Made by a program: the position numbers and the translations under genes | Origin: a virus | Taxonomy: Duplodnaviria; Caudoviricetes | DNA: 64,000 nucleotides | Direction: 5' to 3' (one strand) | Virus record (IMG/VR): IMGVR_UViG_3300046030_000054 | Coordinates: 1-64,000 of that record | Shown here: piece after piece, positions 27,558 to 36,776 of the stretch | Numbering within the stretch: the first letter of the stretch is position 1 | Layout of the letters: each line of letters starts with the position of its first letter | The notes under the pieces: generated by a model | Database searches by the model: none | Seen by the model: the letters and a program-made list of their open reading frames with translations, nothing else | Told to the model about the DNA's origin: nothing

Positions 27558-28823
27558 ATGAGTCTATTTAATAAATTGTTCCATACCAATAAAGCTTCAC
27601 CCAAAAACACCCTATCCAGCACCATGTCATTTTTCTTCGGCAGTTCGATGGCTGGCCAAAATGTGACCGAACGCACCGCAATGCAGAATACTGCAGTTTA
27701 TGCTTGTGTTCGAGTCTTGGCTGAAGGATTAGCTGAACTGCCACTCCATATTTATCAATATACCAGCGATGGTGGGAAAAAGCGGGCAACTAACCACCCG
27801 CTTTATTTTTTGCTTCATGATGCGCCAAATCCAGAAATGACCAGTTTTATCTTTCGCGAAACCATGATGAACCATTTATTACTGTGGGGTAATGCCTATG
27901 CACAAATCATTCGAAACGGTCAAGGCAAGATCACTGGGCTCTATCCTTTGATGCCAGATCGAATGGACGTTAACCGTGCTGCTAACGGTGAAATCTACTA
28001 CACCTATACTCGCAACTATGATGATTACCAGGCAAAGAATAAATCGAAGCAAGTAATTCTCTTGTCCGATGAAGTCCTTCACATCGCAGGGTTAGGATTT
28101 GATGGTTTGATTGGTTACAGTCCTATTGCTATGGCTAAGAATGCTATTGGATTATCCATGGCTGCCGAACAATATGGGGCCACCTTTTTCAAAAATGATG
28201 CCACACCTGGTGGTGTTCTCGAGCATCCTAATGTAGTCAAAGATCCCGAACGGCTCCGGAAAAGTTGGCAATCACAATTTTCGGGATCTAATAATCACAG
28301 CATTGCTGTCTTGGAAGAAGGAATGACTTTTCATCAGCTTTCCATTCCACCCGACCAAGCGCAATTTCTTGATACTCGAAAATTCCAACTCGACGAAATC
28401 GCCAGAATTTTTCGTGTACCACCGCATATGGTTGGTGACCTAGATCGTTCGACATTCTCAAATATCGAGCAACAATCACTAGAATTTGTAAAGTACACCC
28501 TGAACCCTTGGTGCATTCGCTGGGAACAAGCTATGAATCAACAGCTTCTTTCCGCTGATGATCAACGAAAGTTTTTCGTCAAATTCAATGTTGATGGATT
28601 ACTACGTGGCGATTACGAAAGCCGAATGAATGGCTATGCTATTGGGCGCCAAAATGGTTGGCTGTCTGCAAATGACATTCGAGAACTTGAAGATCTAAAC
28701 CGCATCCCTACTAATGAAGGCGGTGACGAATACTTGGTAAATGGCAATATGCTGCCACTCAACCAAGCTGGTAACTTCTATAGTTCTCAACCATCTAAAG
28801 AAAGTGAGGAACCAAAAGAATGA
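27558..28823 (+). CDS. HK97-type portal protein
   Basis: AVYACVRVLAE, LLWGNAY, PGGVLEHP, IARIFRVPPH, SNIEQQ. Confidence 0.93.
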   Translation: MSLFNKLFHTNKASPKNTLSSTMSFFFGSSMAGQNVTERTAMQNTAVYACVRVLAEGLAELPLHIYQYTSDGGKKRATNHPLYFLLHDAPNPEMTSFIFRETMMNHLLLWGNAYAQIIRNGQGKITGLYPLMPDRMDVNRAANGEIYYTYTRNYDDYQAKNKSKQVILLSDEVLHIAGLGFDGLIGYSPIAMAKNAIGLSMAAEQYGATFFKNDATPGGVLEHPNVVKDPERLRKSWQSQFSGSNNHSIAVLEEGMTFHQLSIPPDQAQFLDTRKFQLDEIARIFRVPPHMVGDLDRSTFSNIEQQSLEFVKYTLNPWCIRWEQAMNQQLLSADDQRKFFVKFNVDGLLRGDYESRMNGYAIGRQNGWLSANDIRELEDLNRIPTNEGGDEYLVNGNMLPLNQAGNFYSSQPSKESEEPKE

Positions 28824-29491
28824 AACGTTTCTGGAACTGGAGTGGCCCTCAGAATCAACGTGTATTAACTATTAACGGTACAATTGCTGAAGATAGCTGG
28901 GTTGATGATGAAGTCACTCCTCAATTATTTCAAGATGAATTAAGTCAAGGGAAAGGGCCGATCGATCTCTGGTTAAATTCTCCCGGTGGTGACTGTGTCG
29001 CTGCCAGTCGCATTTACACGATGCTAATGAATTATCCCGATAACGTGAACGTCAAAATTGATGGTATTGCTGCTTCGGCAGCATCAGTCATCGCCATGGC
29101 AGGCACAAAAGTTTCCATGGTCCCAACCGCGATGATCATGATCCATAATCCATTAACCATTGTTGGTGGACAAAAAGAAGATCTTGATCAAGCTGCACAA
29201 ATGTTAGCTGAAACCAAAGAATCAATTATCAATGCCTATGAACTTAAAACAAACCTTCCTCGAGAAAAAATTTCATCCATGATGGATGATGAAACCTGGA
29301 TGAATGTCAATAAAGCGATTGAGTTGGGGTTCGCTGACGATATGCTAGGTCAAAACAAAGATGTCACGGATTGTTACTCATATTCAGATAAACAATCTGA
29401 ATTGGTTCTATTGAACAAGCTAAAACCACAAGCAAAATCTAATATCTCTGTAAAGTCGCTGCAAAAGCGGCTTTCTTTGTTATCACACTAA
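28820..29491 (+). CDS. ClpP-type head maturation protease
   Basis: LNSPGGD, GIAASAASVI, MIHNP, ETWM. Confidence 0.9.
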   Translation: MKRFWNWSGPQNQRVLTINGTIAEDSWVDDEVTPQLFQDELSQGKGPIDLWLNSPGGDCVAASRIYTMLMNYPDNVNVKIDGIAASAASVIAMAGTKVSMVPTAMIMIHNPLTIVGGQKEDLDQAAQMLAETKESIINAYELKTNLPREKISSMMDDETWMNVNKAIELGFADDMLGQNKDVTDCYSYSDKQSELVLLNKLKPQAKSNISVKSLQKRLSLLSH

Positions 29492-29510
29492 TTTTTAGGA
29501 GGACTTATCA

Positions 29511-30689
29511 ATGAGTAAAATTACTGAATTACAAGAAAAGCGTGCCCGTATTTGGAAACAAGCAAAGGATTTCCTAGATGCTAAGCAAAAGGAATCAGAT
29601 GTACTCTCAGCCGAAGACAATGCCCGTTATGAAAAGATGGAGCAAGAAGTTGTCGACTTAGGTAAGGAAATCAATCGACGGCACAAGCAGGCAGAAATTG
29701 AAGTGGCACTGAACCAACCTACCTGTAAGGCCCTTACTAATTCCCCAACTGCTGATCAGCTACCAAAGAGACAGGATGCTTATGCAAAAGATTTCTGGCA
29801 AATGATGCGTGGACATGCCGTCGTGGATGCTCTTAAGGAAGGTGCGGACCCCGATGGTGGTTTCTTAGTGCCCGACGAATTTGAAAACCAACTTATCCAA
29901 AAGTTGCAAGAAGCAAACGTGCTGCGAACGATCAGTCATGTCATCCAAACCAATAGCGGCGAACACAAAATTACAGTGGTAGCCAGTGAAGGTACTGCAG
30001 CCTGGCTCGAAGAAGAAGCGGCCTACACAGAGTCCAACACTCAATTTAGTCAGGTGTCACTAGGCGCACATAAGTTGGGGACCCTGATCAAAGTATCAGA
30101 AGAATTACTAAACGATTCCGCATTTGATTTGATGTCTTATCTCTCCGATGAATTTGGACGCCGACTCGGTAATGCTGAAGAACAGGCCTTTTTAACCGGT
30201 ACCGGTACTGGTCAACCTACTGGTATCCTAACCGACACTAATGGCGCTTCAGCCGGATCCACAGCTGCCAAGGCCGATGCGTTAACTTTTGATGATTTAA
30301 TTGACCTTTTCTATTCCTTAAAGGCGCCATATCGTCAAAACGCTGTCTTTTTGATGAACGATGATACCGTGAAAGCCATCCGCAAAATGAAAGATAAGAA
30401 CGACCAATACATTTGGCAACCTTCCGTTCAGGTAGGCCAACCAGACCGAATTCTTAACTGTCCGGTTTACACTAGTCCATTCATGCCGACATTGGCTGCT
30501 GCTAATAAGCCAGTTCTTTTCGGTGACTTTAACTACTACTGGATTGCAGATCGAGAAGGACGAACCTTCAAACGTCTGAATGAACTTTATGCCGTAACTG
30601 GTCAAGTTGGCTTCTTAGGCTCACAACGAGTTGACGGTAAAGTTATCCTACCAGAAGCAATTAAAACCTTGTCCATGGCTGCTAAATAG
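29511..30689 (+). CDS. HK97-fold major capsid protein
   Basis: Coiled-coil delta domain, DGGFLVPDEF, VSEELLNDS, PVLFGDF. Confidence 0.92.
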   Translation: MSKITELQEKRARIWKQAKDFLDAKQKESDVLSAEDNARYEKMEQEVVDLGKEINRRHKQAEIEVALNQPTCKALTNSPTADQLPKRQDAYAKDFWQMMRGHAVVDALKEGADPDGGFLVPDEFENQLIQKLQEANVLRTISHVIQTNSGEHKITVVASEGTAAWLEEEAAYTESNTQFSQVSLGAHKLGTLIKVSEELLNDSAFDLMSYLSDEFGRRLGNAEEQAFLTGTGTGQPTGILTDTNGASAGSTAAKADALTFDDLIDLFYSLKAPYRQNAVFLMNDDTVKAIRKMKDKNDQYIWQPSVQVGQPDRILNCPVYTSPFMPTLAAANKPVLFGDFNYYWIADREGRTFKRLNELYAVTGQVGFLGSQRVDGKVILPEAIKTLSMAAK

Positions 30690-30705
30690 AAAGGATTGAT
30701 GAAAT

Positions 30706-30984
30706 GTGGCTGCTATTACTTTGGCCGAAGCAAAAGCCTACCTGAGGGTGGATAACACTGTTGAGGATGACCTAATTACGAAGTTAATTGGATCGGCAAC
30801 AGCTACAGTCGAGAATGTACTTCGTCAACCACTATCCGCATTCGACCCCCTCCCCGATGATATTCATACCGCAATTCTTTATACCGTGGCTTACCTTTAC
30901 GAATATCGGGAAACCGCCGATTTTGATGCCATGATCAAATTTCTCCGGGCCATCTTGTCTCCTTACCGGAAGGAGGAGTTTTAA
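30706..30984 (+). CDS. Head-tail connector (gp6-like)
   Basis: ITLAEAKAYLRVD..EDDLITKLI..YEYRE. Confidence 0.85.
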   Translation: MAAITLAEAKAYLRVDNTVEDDLITKLIGSATATVENVLRQPLSAFDPLPDDIHTAILYTVAYLYEYRETADFDAMIKFLRAILSPYRKEEF

Positions 30985-31367
30985 TGCAACAACAAAACAA
31001 ACGTGTTAGTAAGATTGTTGATATTGGTGAATTAGACCGGCGCATAACGCTAATGAAGAAGAAATATGTCGGCGAAAATCCTAATACTGGAATGTCAATG
31101 TACAAGGATGTACGTCTGGGTGATGTGTGGGCAAAAGTTTCCGCCCTGCACGGACAAGAGTATTACACCGCTGTCACCGTAAAATTGGAAAAGCAATTAT
31201 CATTCATCATTCGATATCGCGATGATATTGATGAAGAAACCAATATATGGTTTGAAGGACGTGGCTACAATATTGGCTTCATTGACGATGTTAAATACAA
31301 CCACGAGTATATGGAGATCAAGGCCGAATATTCGAAAGGAGTTGATAATCCAAATGAAGACAACTAG
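30984..31367 (+). CDS. Head-closure / head-tail adaptor protein
   Basis: GELDRRITL..VWAKV..FIIRYRDDI..I.F.GR.YNI. Confidence 0.8.
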   Translation: MQQQNKRVSKIVDIGELDRRITLMKKKYVGENPNTGMSMYKDVRLGDVWAKVSALHGQEYYTAVTVKLEKQLSFIIRYRDDIDEETNIWFEGRGYNIGFIDDVKYNHEYMEIKAEYSKGVDNPNEDN

Positions 31368-31764
31368 TTTAACGGTAATCAATACGTGTTTCGGAGCTAT
31401 TGGCGCTTTCCTTGGCTGGTTTTTAGGAGGACTCGATGGTTTCCTATATATTCTCCTGATTTTTATGGTCGTGGACTATATCACCGGAGTTCTTTGCGCC
31501 GTTAGTGAACATAAATTATCCAGTGAGATTGGATTTCGCGGGCTTACCCGCAAGGTTTTAATTCTATTATTGGTTGGCATTGCTCACTGTCTTGATGTGT
31601 ATTTACTAAAAAATGGCTCCGCAATTCGCACAGCAACCATTTTCTTCTATATCTCTAACGAAGGTATTTCTCTATTAGAAAACACGAGTCGATTAGGATT
31701 ACCTGTACCCGATAAATTAAAAAATGTTCTTCAACAACTTCATAATAAGGATGGTGACAAGTAA
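31354..31764 (+). CDS. Holin (phage_holin_4_1-like)
   Basis: GWFLGGLDGFL..DYITG..GFRGL..FYISNEGISLLEN..GLPVP; probable start 31354. Confidence 0.88.
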   Translation: MKTTSLTVINTCFGAIGAFLGWFLGGLDGFLYILLIFMVVDYITGVLCAVSEHKLSSEIGFRGLTRKVLILLLVGIAHCLDVYLLKNGSAIRTATIFFYISNEGISLLENTSRLGLPVPDKLKNVLQQLHNKDGDK

Positions 31765-32642
31765 TGATTCCAGGAATCGATATTTCTGAATGGCAAGGTC
31801 ACGTTGATTTTAATGCAGTCAAAGCAAGCGGCGTAAAATTCGTCCTAATTAGAGCTGGCTACGGTCGTTCTGCTAGCCAAGTAGATCATTATTTTGCGGA
31901 ACACTATGCACAAGCCAAAGCGGCAGGTTTGCAAGTTGGGGCCTACTGGTGCTCCTATGCAGTTTCACCTGCTGATGCAGCCAACGAAGCTCGGGCTTGC
32001 TTAACCGTCCTTGGTAATCGGCACTTTGATTATCCAATCTACTTTGATTTGGAAGAAAAGTGGCAATTTGCTAACGGACGCAACTTTTGTGATAGCTTAG
32101 TAAAAAGCTTCTGTAGCGTTTTGGAACAGAATGGTTGCTATGCGGGTTTATATATTTCTCGTTCACCACTGCAAAATTACATCTCTCCCACTGTTGCTCA
32201 GCGTTATGCAATCTGGATAGCCGAATATGGTCCACGTTGTAACTATGGTGGTAATTACGGAATCTGGCAACATTCCTCTACTGGTTCTGTTCCAGGTGTC
32301 AATGGCAACTGTGATCTAGATTATGCCTATATCGATTACGCAGCAGTTATTAACAAAAAACAGCCAGTTACCAGGAAGAACCCTGATCAGCTGGCTGCAG
32401 AAGTATTGAATGGGCAATGGGGTAATGGTGTCGATCGTCAAAAACGTTTAACTGCTGCGGGTTACGACTACTCAGTCGTGCAAGAAAAAGTTAATAAATT
32501 ATTGAATCGTAAGTCAGTCGACCAAATTGCCCGTGAAGTTATCCGTGGTTCCTGGGGAAATGGTAATGAGCGAATTACCCGTTTGAAACAAGCTGGTTAT
32601 GATCCAATTCAAATTCAAAAACGTGTCAATCAATTACTCTGA
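31764..32642 (+). CDS. GH25 endolysin with two C-terminal Cpl-7 repeats
   Basis: GIDISEWQG, YFDLEE, WQHSSTG; two DQ.A.EV..G.WGNG repeats. Confidence 0.92.
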   Translation: MIPGIDISEWQGHVDFNAVKASGVKFVLIRAGYGRSASQVDHYFAEHYAQAKAAGLQVGAYWCSYAVSPADAANEARACLTVLGNRHFDYPIYFDLEEKWQFANGRNFCDSLVKSFCSVLEQNGCYAGLYISRSPLQNYISPTVAQRYAIWIAEYGPRCNYGGNYGIWQHSSTGSVPGVNGNCDLDYAYIDYAAVINKKQPVTRKNPDQLAAEVLNGQWGNGVDRQKRLTAAGYDYSVVQEKVNKLLNRKSVDQIAREVIRGSWGNGNERITRLKQAGYDPIQIQKRVNQLL

Positions 32643-32647
32643 TTTAT

Positions 32648-32676
32648 GCCTGTGGACTCCGGTCTGCAGGCTTTTT
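32648..32676 (+). terminator. Terminator after the lysin gene
   Basis: GCCTGTGGAC/GGTCTGCAGGC + T5. Confidence 0.65.
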
Positions 32677-32796
32677 GTTGTTTCTATGATAAAATGCTAT
32701 TAGGTCGGACTTGATGGGTCGCTCCCATCATGAAAGACTTAGCAGTTAACGTGGCTACACACCCCTCAAATAATCTGAACTGTGGAGGTGAGAGTC

Positions 32797-32924
32797 ATGT
32801 TATTTAGGAAAGGACTGGAGGAGCAGCAATTAATGCCGCCTTAGTTATCGTGGCAATCGGCCAGCTAGTCATTGACTGTGCTAAAGCCTACGCGATAATA
32901 AAAAAAGCTAACCATAACGGTTAG
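32797..32924 (+). pseudogene. Putative type I toxin peptide, apparently frameshifted (MLFRK/RTGGAAINAALVIVAIGQLVIDCAKAYAIIKKANHNG)
   Basis: Strong RBS GGAGGTG; ATG frame stops at 32844 but another frame encodes a hydrophobic helix with a basic tail. Confidence 0.55.
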
Positions 32925-32989
32925 CTATCCTTCAGTCACCTGAACTGCGTTTGAGGGTAACGAGATGCCGCTCGTTGCTCTCTTTTCAT
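32899..32989 (-). ncRNA. Putative convergent antitoxin sRNA (~90 nt)
   Basis: Minus-strand TTGAAA-17-TATCAT promoter (33024-32996) and terminator AGCTAACC/GGTTAGCT + T7 overlapping the toxin 3' end. Confidence 0.6.
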
Positions 32990-33066
32990 TTACTAATGAT
33001 ATCTGATATATTTTGATTTTTCAACTTTTAGCTGGCAGTTTTCTGTCAGCTTTTTTCTTTTACCAT

Positions 33067-33104
33067 GGTTTACTTTTCCGCTTGTTCTGGCTTATCAGTG
33101 GAGG
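33067..33104 (+). promoter_or_regulatory. Third copy of the sigma-promoter-like motif, upstream of the SHOCT-recombinase operon
   Basis: GGTTTACTTT-N10-CTGGCTTAT-CAGTGGAGG. Confidence 0.6.
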
Positions 33105-33113
33105 TAATTAAAC

Positions 33114-33353
33114 ATGGTAAAAAAAGTACAACCAGTGACTCATCAACCACTAATAGCAACAAGTACGAATATTAGTTCAGAGCAATTATTGAACGATTTG
33201 CATTATCAACAAGCAAAACAGATCATCCAGACTCTACTTAATAAAGGCCTTATTTCGCCCACCGAATTTAAAGACATTGATTCCTTAAATAAACAATCAT
33301 TTCCACCATTATTAGGGCCCGGAAACGTTGATACATCAAGCCTCCAGAGCTAA
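33114..33353 (+). CDS. SHOCT-domain small protein preceding the recombinases
   Basis: YQQAKQIIQTLLNKGLISPTEFKDI..F.P. Confidence 0.7.
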   Translation: MVKKVQPVTHQPLIATSTNISSEQLLNDLHYQQAKQIIQTLLNKGLISPTEFKDIDSLNKQSFPPLLGPGNVDTSSLQS

Positions 33354-33382
33354 CATACCACACTGACGAAAGGAGGGTTGTC

Positions 33383-35044
33383 ATGTCAACCATTACTAAA
33401 ATCCAAAGCTACCACCGTAATGTCAAGCAACTCCGTGTAGCAGCTTATTGTCGAGTTTCGACGGACAATATTGAACAGCTGGAGAGTCTTGAAAATCAAC
33501 GTGCCCATTATCAAAAGTACATTAACAACCACCCTAATTGGGAGCTGGCTAAGATCTACTATGATGAAGGAATCTCAGGCACCAAGATGACCAAGCGGAA
33601 CGCCTTAAAAGAATTACTAACTGATTGTCATAATCACCGGATTGACCTCGTGGTGACCAAATCAATTAGCCGTTTGTCACGAAATACAACTGATTGTTTG
33701 CAGATTGTCCGGGAATTACAGCAATTGAATATTCCAATTATCTTTGAGAAAGAGCATATCAATACTGGAGCAATGGCCAGTGAGTTATTTCTATCGATTC
33801 TTAGCAGTATTGCCCAGGATGAATCCCACTCAACTGCCGGAAATCTACGCTGGGCAATCAGGAAACGTTTTGCTAGTGGCAAATTCCATGTATCCTCAGC
33901 ACCCTATGGATATTCAATTGAGGATGGCAACTTAGTTATCAACCATACTGAAGCAAAGACTGTACGACAAATCTTTCAACGATTTCTAAGTGGAACATCA
34001 GCCAGTCGGATTGCTAAAGGATTGAACCATAAACACGTAGCAACAAAGCGTGGTGGACAATGGCGAAGCAACACCGTGATTAACATTTTACGAAACAGTA
34101 ATTACACCGGTGATATGCTCTGCCAGAAGACTTATAGTGATGATCAATATCACCGTCATTTTAACCAAGGTGAACTCACCCAATACTTAATTGAGGATCA
34201 TCACCCTAGTTTAGTTAACCACGAAACTTTTAACAGAGTTCAAGTTCTGCTTAAAGAAGCGGTCCAAAAGTGCCATATTGAAACTGGCAGCCATAAGTAC
34301 CAACACCACTACTTATTTTCTGGGAAAATCACTTGTGGCAATTGTGGCACTATTTTTAAGCGGCAAACACGTCCCAATAAAATTTGCTGGGCTTGTCAAA
34401 GACATCTAAGTTCCGCTAAGCAATGTCCTGTTAAAGCAGTAACTGAAGTAAGCCTAGAAGCAGCTTTCTGCAACATGATGAATAAACTCATTTACAGTAG
34501 GAAATTCTTATTACAGCCATTGTTAGCAAATTTACAAGTTCAAGCTAACAGTGATACCAACGGTCAGCTAAGTTCATTGGTCAATCAGGTTAAGGCAAAT
34601 GACCGCAAAGCAGAAACGCTAACCGAATTGATGCAATCAGGATTGCTGGATAAAGCCATCTATGTAAATCAAACGGCTCAGCTCGAACAGGATACCTACC
34701 AATGCCGCGAAAAGATTAAACAGTTTAATAGCAACAATACTGATTCGGCAAATAATTTTGAAAACGTGCGAACCCTGCTTCATTGGTGTCAACAAGGTCA
34801 AAAACTGTCAGGCTTTAATAAAGCCCCATTTCAGGACTTCGTTCAACAAATTGTAGTGAACAGTCCAAAAGAGGCGGTTTTCAAACTGAAATGCGGGTTG
34901 AGATTAACTGAGAAGTTAACCAAAGCAGCTTGCCTTGATGAACACTTTTACCGTGGGGTAATCCGCCAACGTTTCAGCGAACCAATTCGGCAAGCAGAAT
35001 ACTTGTACAGCATTATCGAAAGTGAAGGTGATTTAATTGGGTAA
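33383..35044 (+). CDS. Large serine recombinase 1
   Basis: AYCRVSTD, KSISRLSRN, recombinase domain, CGNCG zinc ribbon, coiled coil. Confidence 0.92.
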   Translation: MSTITKIQSYHRNVKQLRVAAYCRVSTDNIEQLESLENQRAHYQKYINNHPNWELAKIYYDEGISGTKMTKRNALKELLTDCHNHRIDLVVTKSISRLSRNTTDCLQIVRELQQLNIPIIFEKEHINTGAMASELFLSILSSIAQDESHSTAGNLRWAIRKRFASGKFHVSSAPYGYSIEDGNLVINHTEAKTVRQIFQRFLSGTSASRIAKGLNHKHVATKRGGQWRSNTVINILRNSNYTGDMLCQKTYSDDQYHRHFNQGELTQYLIEDHHPSLVNHETFNRVQVLLKEAVQKCHIETGSHKYQHHYLFSGKITCGNCGTIFKRQTRPNKICWACQRHLSSAKQCPVKAVTEVSLEAAFCNMMNKLIYSRKFLLQPLLANLQVQANSDTNGQLSSLVNQVKANDRKAETLTELMQSGLLDKAIYVNQTAQLEQDTYQCREKIKQFNSNNTDSANNFENVRTLLHWCQQGQKLSGFNKAPFQDFVQQIVVNSPKEAVFKLKCGLRLTEKLTKAACLDEHFYRGVIRQRFSEPIRQAEYLYSIIESEGDLIG

Positions 35045-36614
35045 AGTACGCATTATTCCCGCCCATCAGCAAAAAGGAAACAGTGTCCATCATCCACGTA
35101 GTCCACAATCTTTTGGAAAGCTTCGAGTGGCTGCATACTGCCGGGTTTCGACCGATTACGATGAGCAGGCCAGTTCTTACGAAACTCAAGTAGATCATTA
35201 CAAAGAACTAATTCAAAAGGAGCCATCCTGGGAATTTGCAGGTATTTATGCCGATGATGGGATCTCCGGAACCAATACCAAAAAACGGGAACAATTCAAT
35301 AAAATGATTGCAGCCTGTAAAGTCGGTAAGATTGACCTGATCGTTACCAAATCAATTAGCCGATTTGCCCGGAATACCATCGACTGTTTGAAATATATCC
35401 GTGACTTAAAAGCTATCAATGTTGCAATCTTCTTTGAAAAAGAAAATATCAACACCATGGATGCCAAAGGTGAAGTTTTGATTACCATCATGGCTTCCCT
35501 TGCTCAACAAGAAAGTGAGTCCTTATCGCAAAACGTCAAGATGGGGATTCAATATCGTTACCAACAAGGGAAAGTTTTCGTGAACCATAATCACTTTCTG
35601 GGTTATACCAAGGATGCTCAAGGTAACTTGGTGATTGAACCAGAAGAAGCAAAGGTCATTAAGCGTATCTTCTATAGCTACCTAAACGGAATGACGATGA
35701 AGCAAATAGCTGATTCTCTTAAAGCAGATGGTATTTTAACTGGTGGCAAAACAAAGAATTGGCGTTCTAGCAGCGTGGCCAAAATCCTGAAGAATGAAAA
35801 ATATATGGGTGATGCTCTATTACAAAAGACTTACACTGTGGACTTTCTGAACAAAAAGCGCGTAAAGAACGAAGGAATCATGCCACAGTACTATGTGGAG
35901 AACGACCACCCAGCGATTATTCCTAAATCAGTGTTCATGCAAGTCCAGCAAATTATCAAACAGCGACGTAACGGAATCACGACTAAGAACGGCAAGCACC
36001 GGCGAATTAACGGAAAATACTGCTTTTCTCAAAAAGTATTCTGCGGTAAATGCGGTGATATCTTGCAACGGAACATGTGGTATCGACCGGAAAAAGTGGC
36101 AGTCTGGCGATGTGCAAGCCGCGTAAGACGCAATAAGACTGGCCGGCGATGCATGATTCGAAACGTCAAAGAACCATTGCTGAAGGAAACCACCGTTGAA
36201 GCATTCAACCAGCTCATTGAAGGGCATGAGCTGGTCAGTAAACAAATCAAAGCTAACATCATGAAAGTCATTAAAAACTCCAAAGGTCCAACACTTGATC
36301 AAATCGACCAACAGCTGGAAGAAGTGCAAATGAAGTTGATTCAAGCTGCCAACCAGCATCAAGACTGCGACGCGCTAACCCAGCAAATTATGGACCTTCG
36401 CAAACAAAAAGAAAAAGTACAGAGTCGGGAAACTAATCAACAAGCCAAACTACACAACCTTGATGAAATCAACAAATTAGTCGAATTGCACAAGTATGGC
36501 TTAGTTGACTTTGATGAACAATTGGTTCGTCGCTTGGTAGAAAAAATCACCATCTTCCAACGCTACATGGAATTCACGTTCAAAGATGGTGAAGTAATTA
36601 GAGTTAATATGTGA
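35037..36614 (+). CDS. Large serine recombinase 2
   Basis: AYCRVSTD, KSISRFARN, CGKCG zinc ribbon, coiled coil. Confidence 0.92.
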   Translation: MGKVRIIPAHQQKGNSVHHPRSPQSFGKLRVAAYCRVSTDYDEQASSYETQVDHYKELIQKEPSWEFAGIYADDGISGTNTKKREQFNKMIAACKVGKIDLIVTKSISRFARNTIDCLKYIRDLKAINVAIFFEKENINTMDAKGEVLITIMASLAQQESESLSQNVKMGIQYRYQQGKVFVNHNHFLGYTKDAQGNLVIEPEEAKVIKRIFYSYLNGMTMKQIADSLKADGILTGGKTKNWRSSSVAKILKNEKYMGDALLQKTYTVDFLNKKRVKNEGIMPQYYVENDHPAIIPKSVFMQVQQIIKQRRNGITTKNGKHRRINGKYCFSQKVFCGKCGDILQRNMWYRPEKVAVWRCASRVRRNKTGRRCMIRNVKEPLLKETTVEAFNQLIEGHELVSKQIKANIMKVIKNSKGPTLDQIDQQLEEVQMKLIQAANQHQDCDALTQQIMDLRKQKEKVQSRETNQQAKLHNLDEINKLVELHKYGLVDFDEQLVRRLVEKITIFQRYMEFTFKDGEVIRVNM

Positions 36615-36628
36615 AAACTTGGGATATT

Positions 36629-36662
36629 CAGCACTCACTTATTTGAGTTGGGTGCTGTTTTT
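36629..36662 (+). terminator. Terminator after the recombinases
   Basis: CAGCACTCA/TGGGTGCTG + T5. Confidence 0.65.
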
Positions 36663-36682
36663 AGATTGTAGTTTTTTAATTT

Positions 36683-36702
36683 GGCAGATTGCAAGAAATA
36701 AC
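36683..36702 (+). repeat. 20-bp perfect inverted copy of 11-30; probable truncated IS30-like end
   Basis: GGCAGATTGCAAGAAATAAC. Confidence 0.55.
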
Positions 36703-36776
36703 AGCCCCGATGAAAAGAACTAATTTTAATTTTCAAGTACTGGGGTTCTTACTTCATAGCAGGCAGTCAAAATTCA

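Noticed and set aside
31368-33113. Tail gene remnants or a diversity-generating retroelement
   Set aside because: The interval is fully explained by holin, lysin and the TA-like locus; no reverse transcriptase or TR/VR pair appears anywhere in the window.
4-36709. E1 boundaries defined by the 20-bp IR with a symmetric CG core (52-bp attP)
   Set aside because: A matching dinucleotide at some equal spacing is likely by chance, the repeat resembles IS30 ends, and the duplicated rlmD-like junctions explain both units better. Kept only as an alternative.
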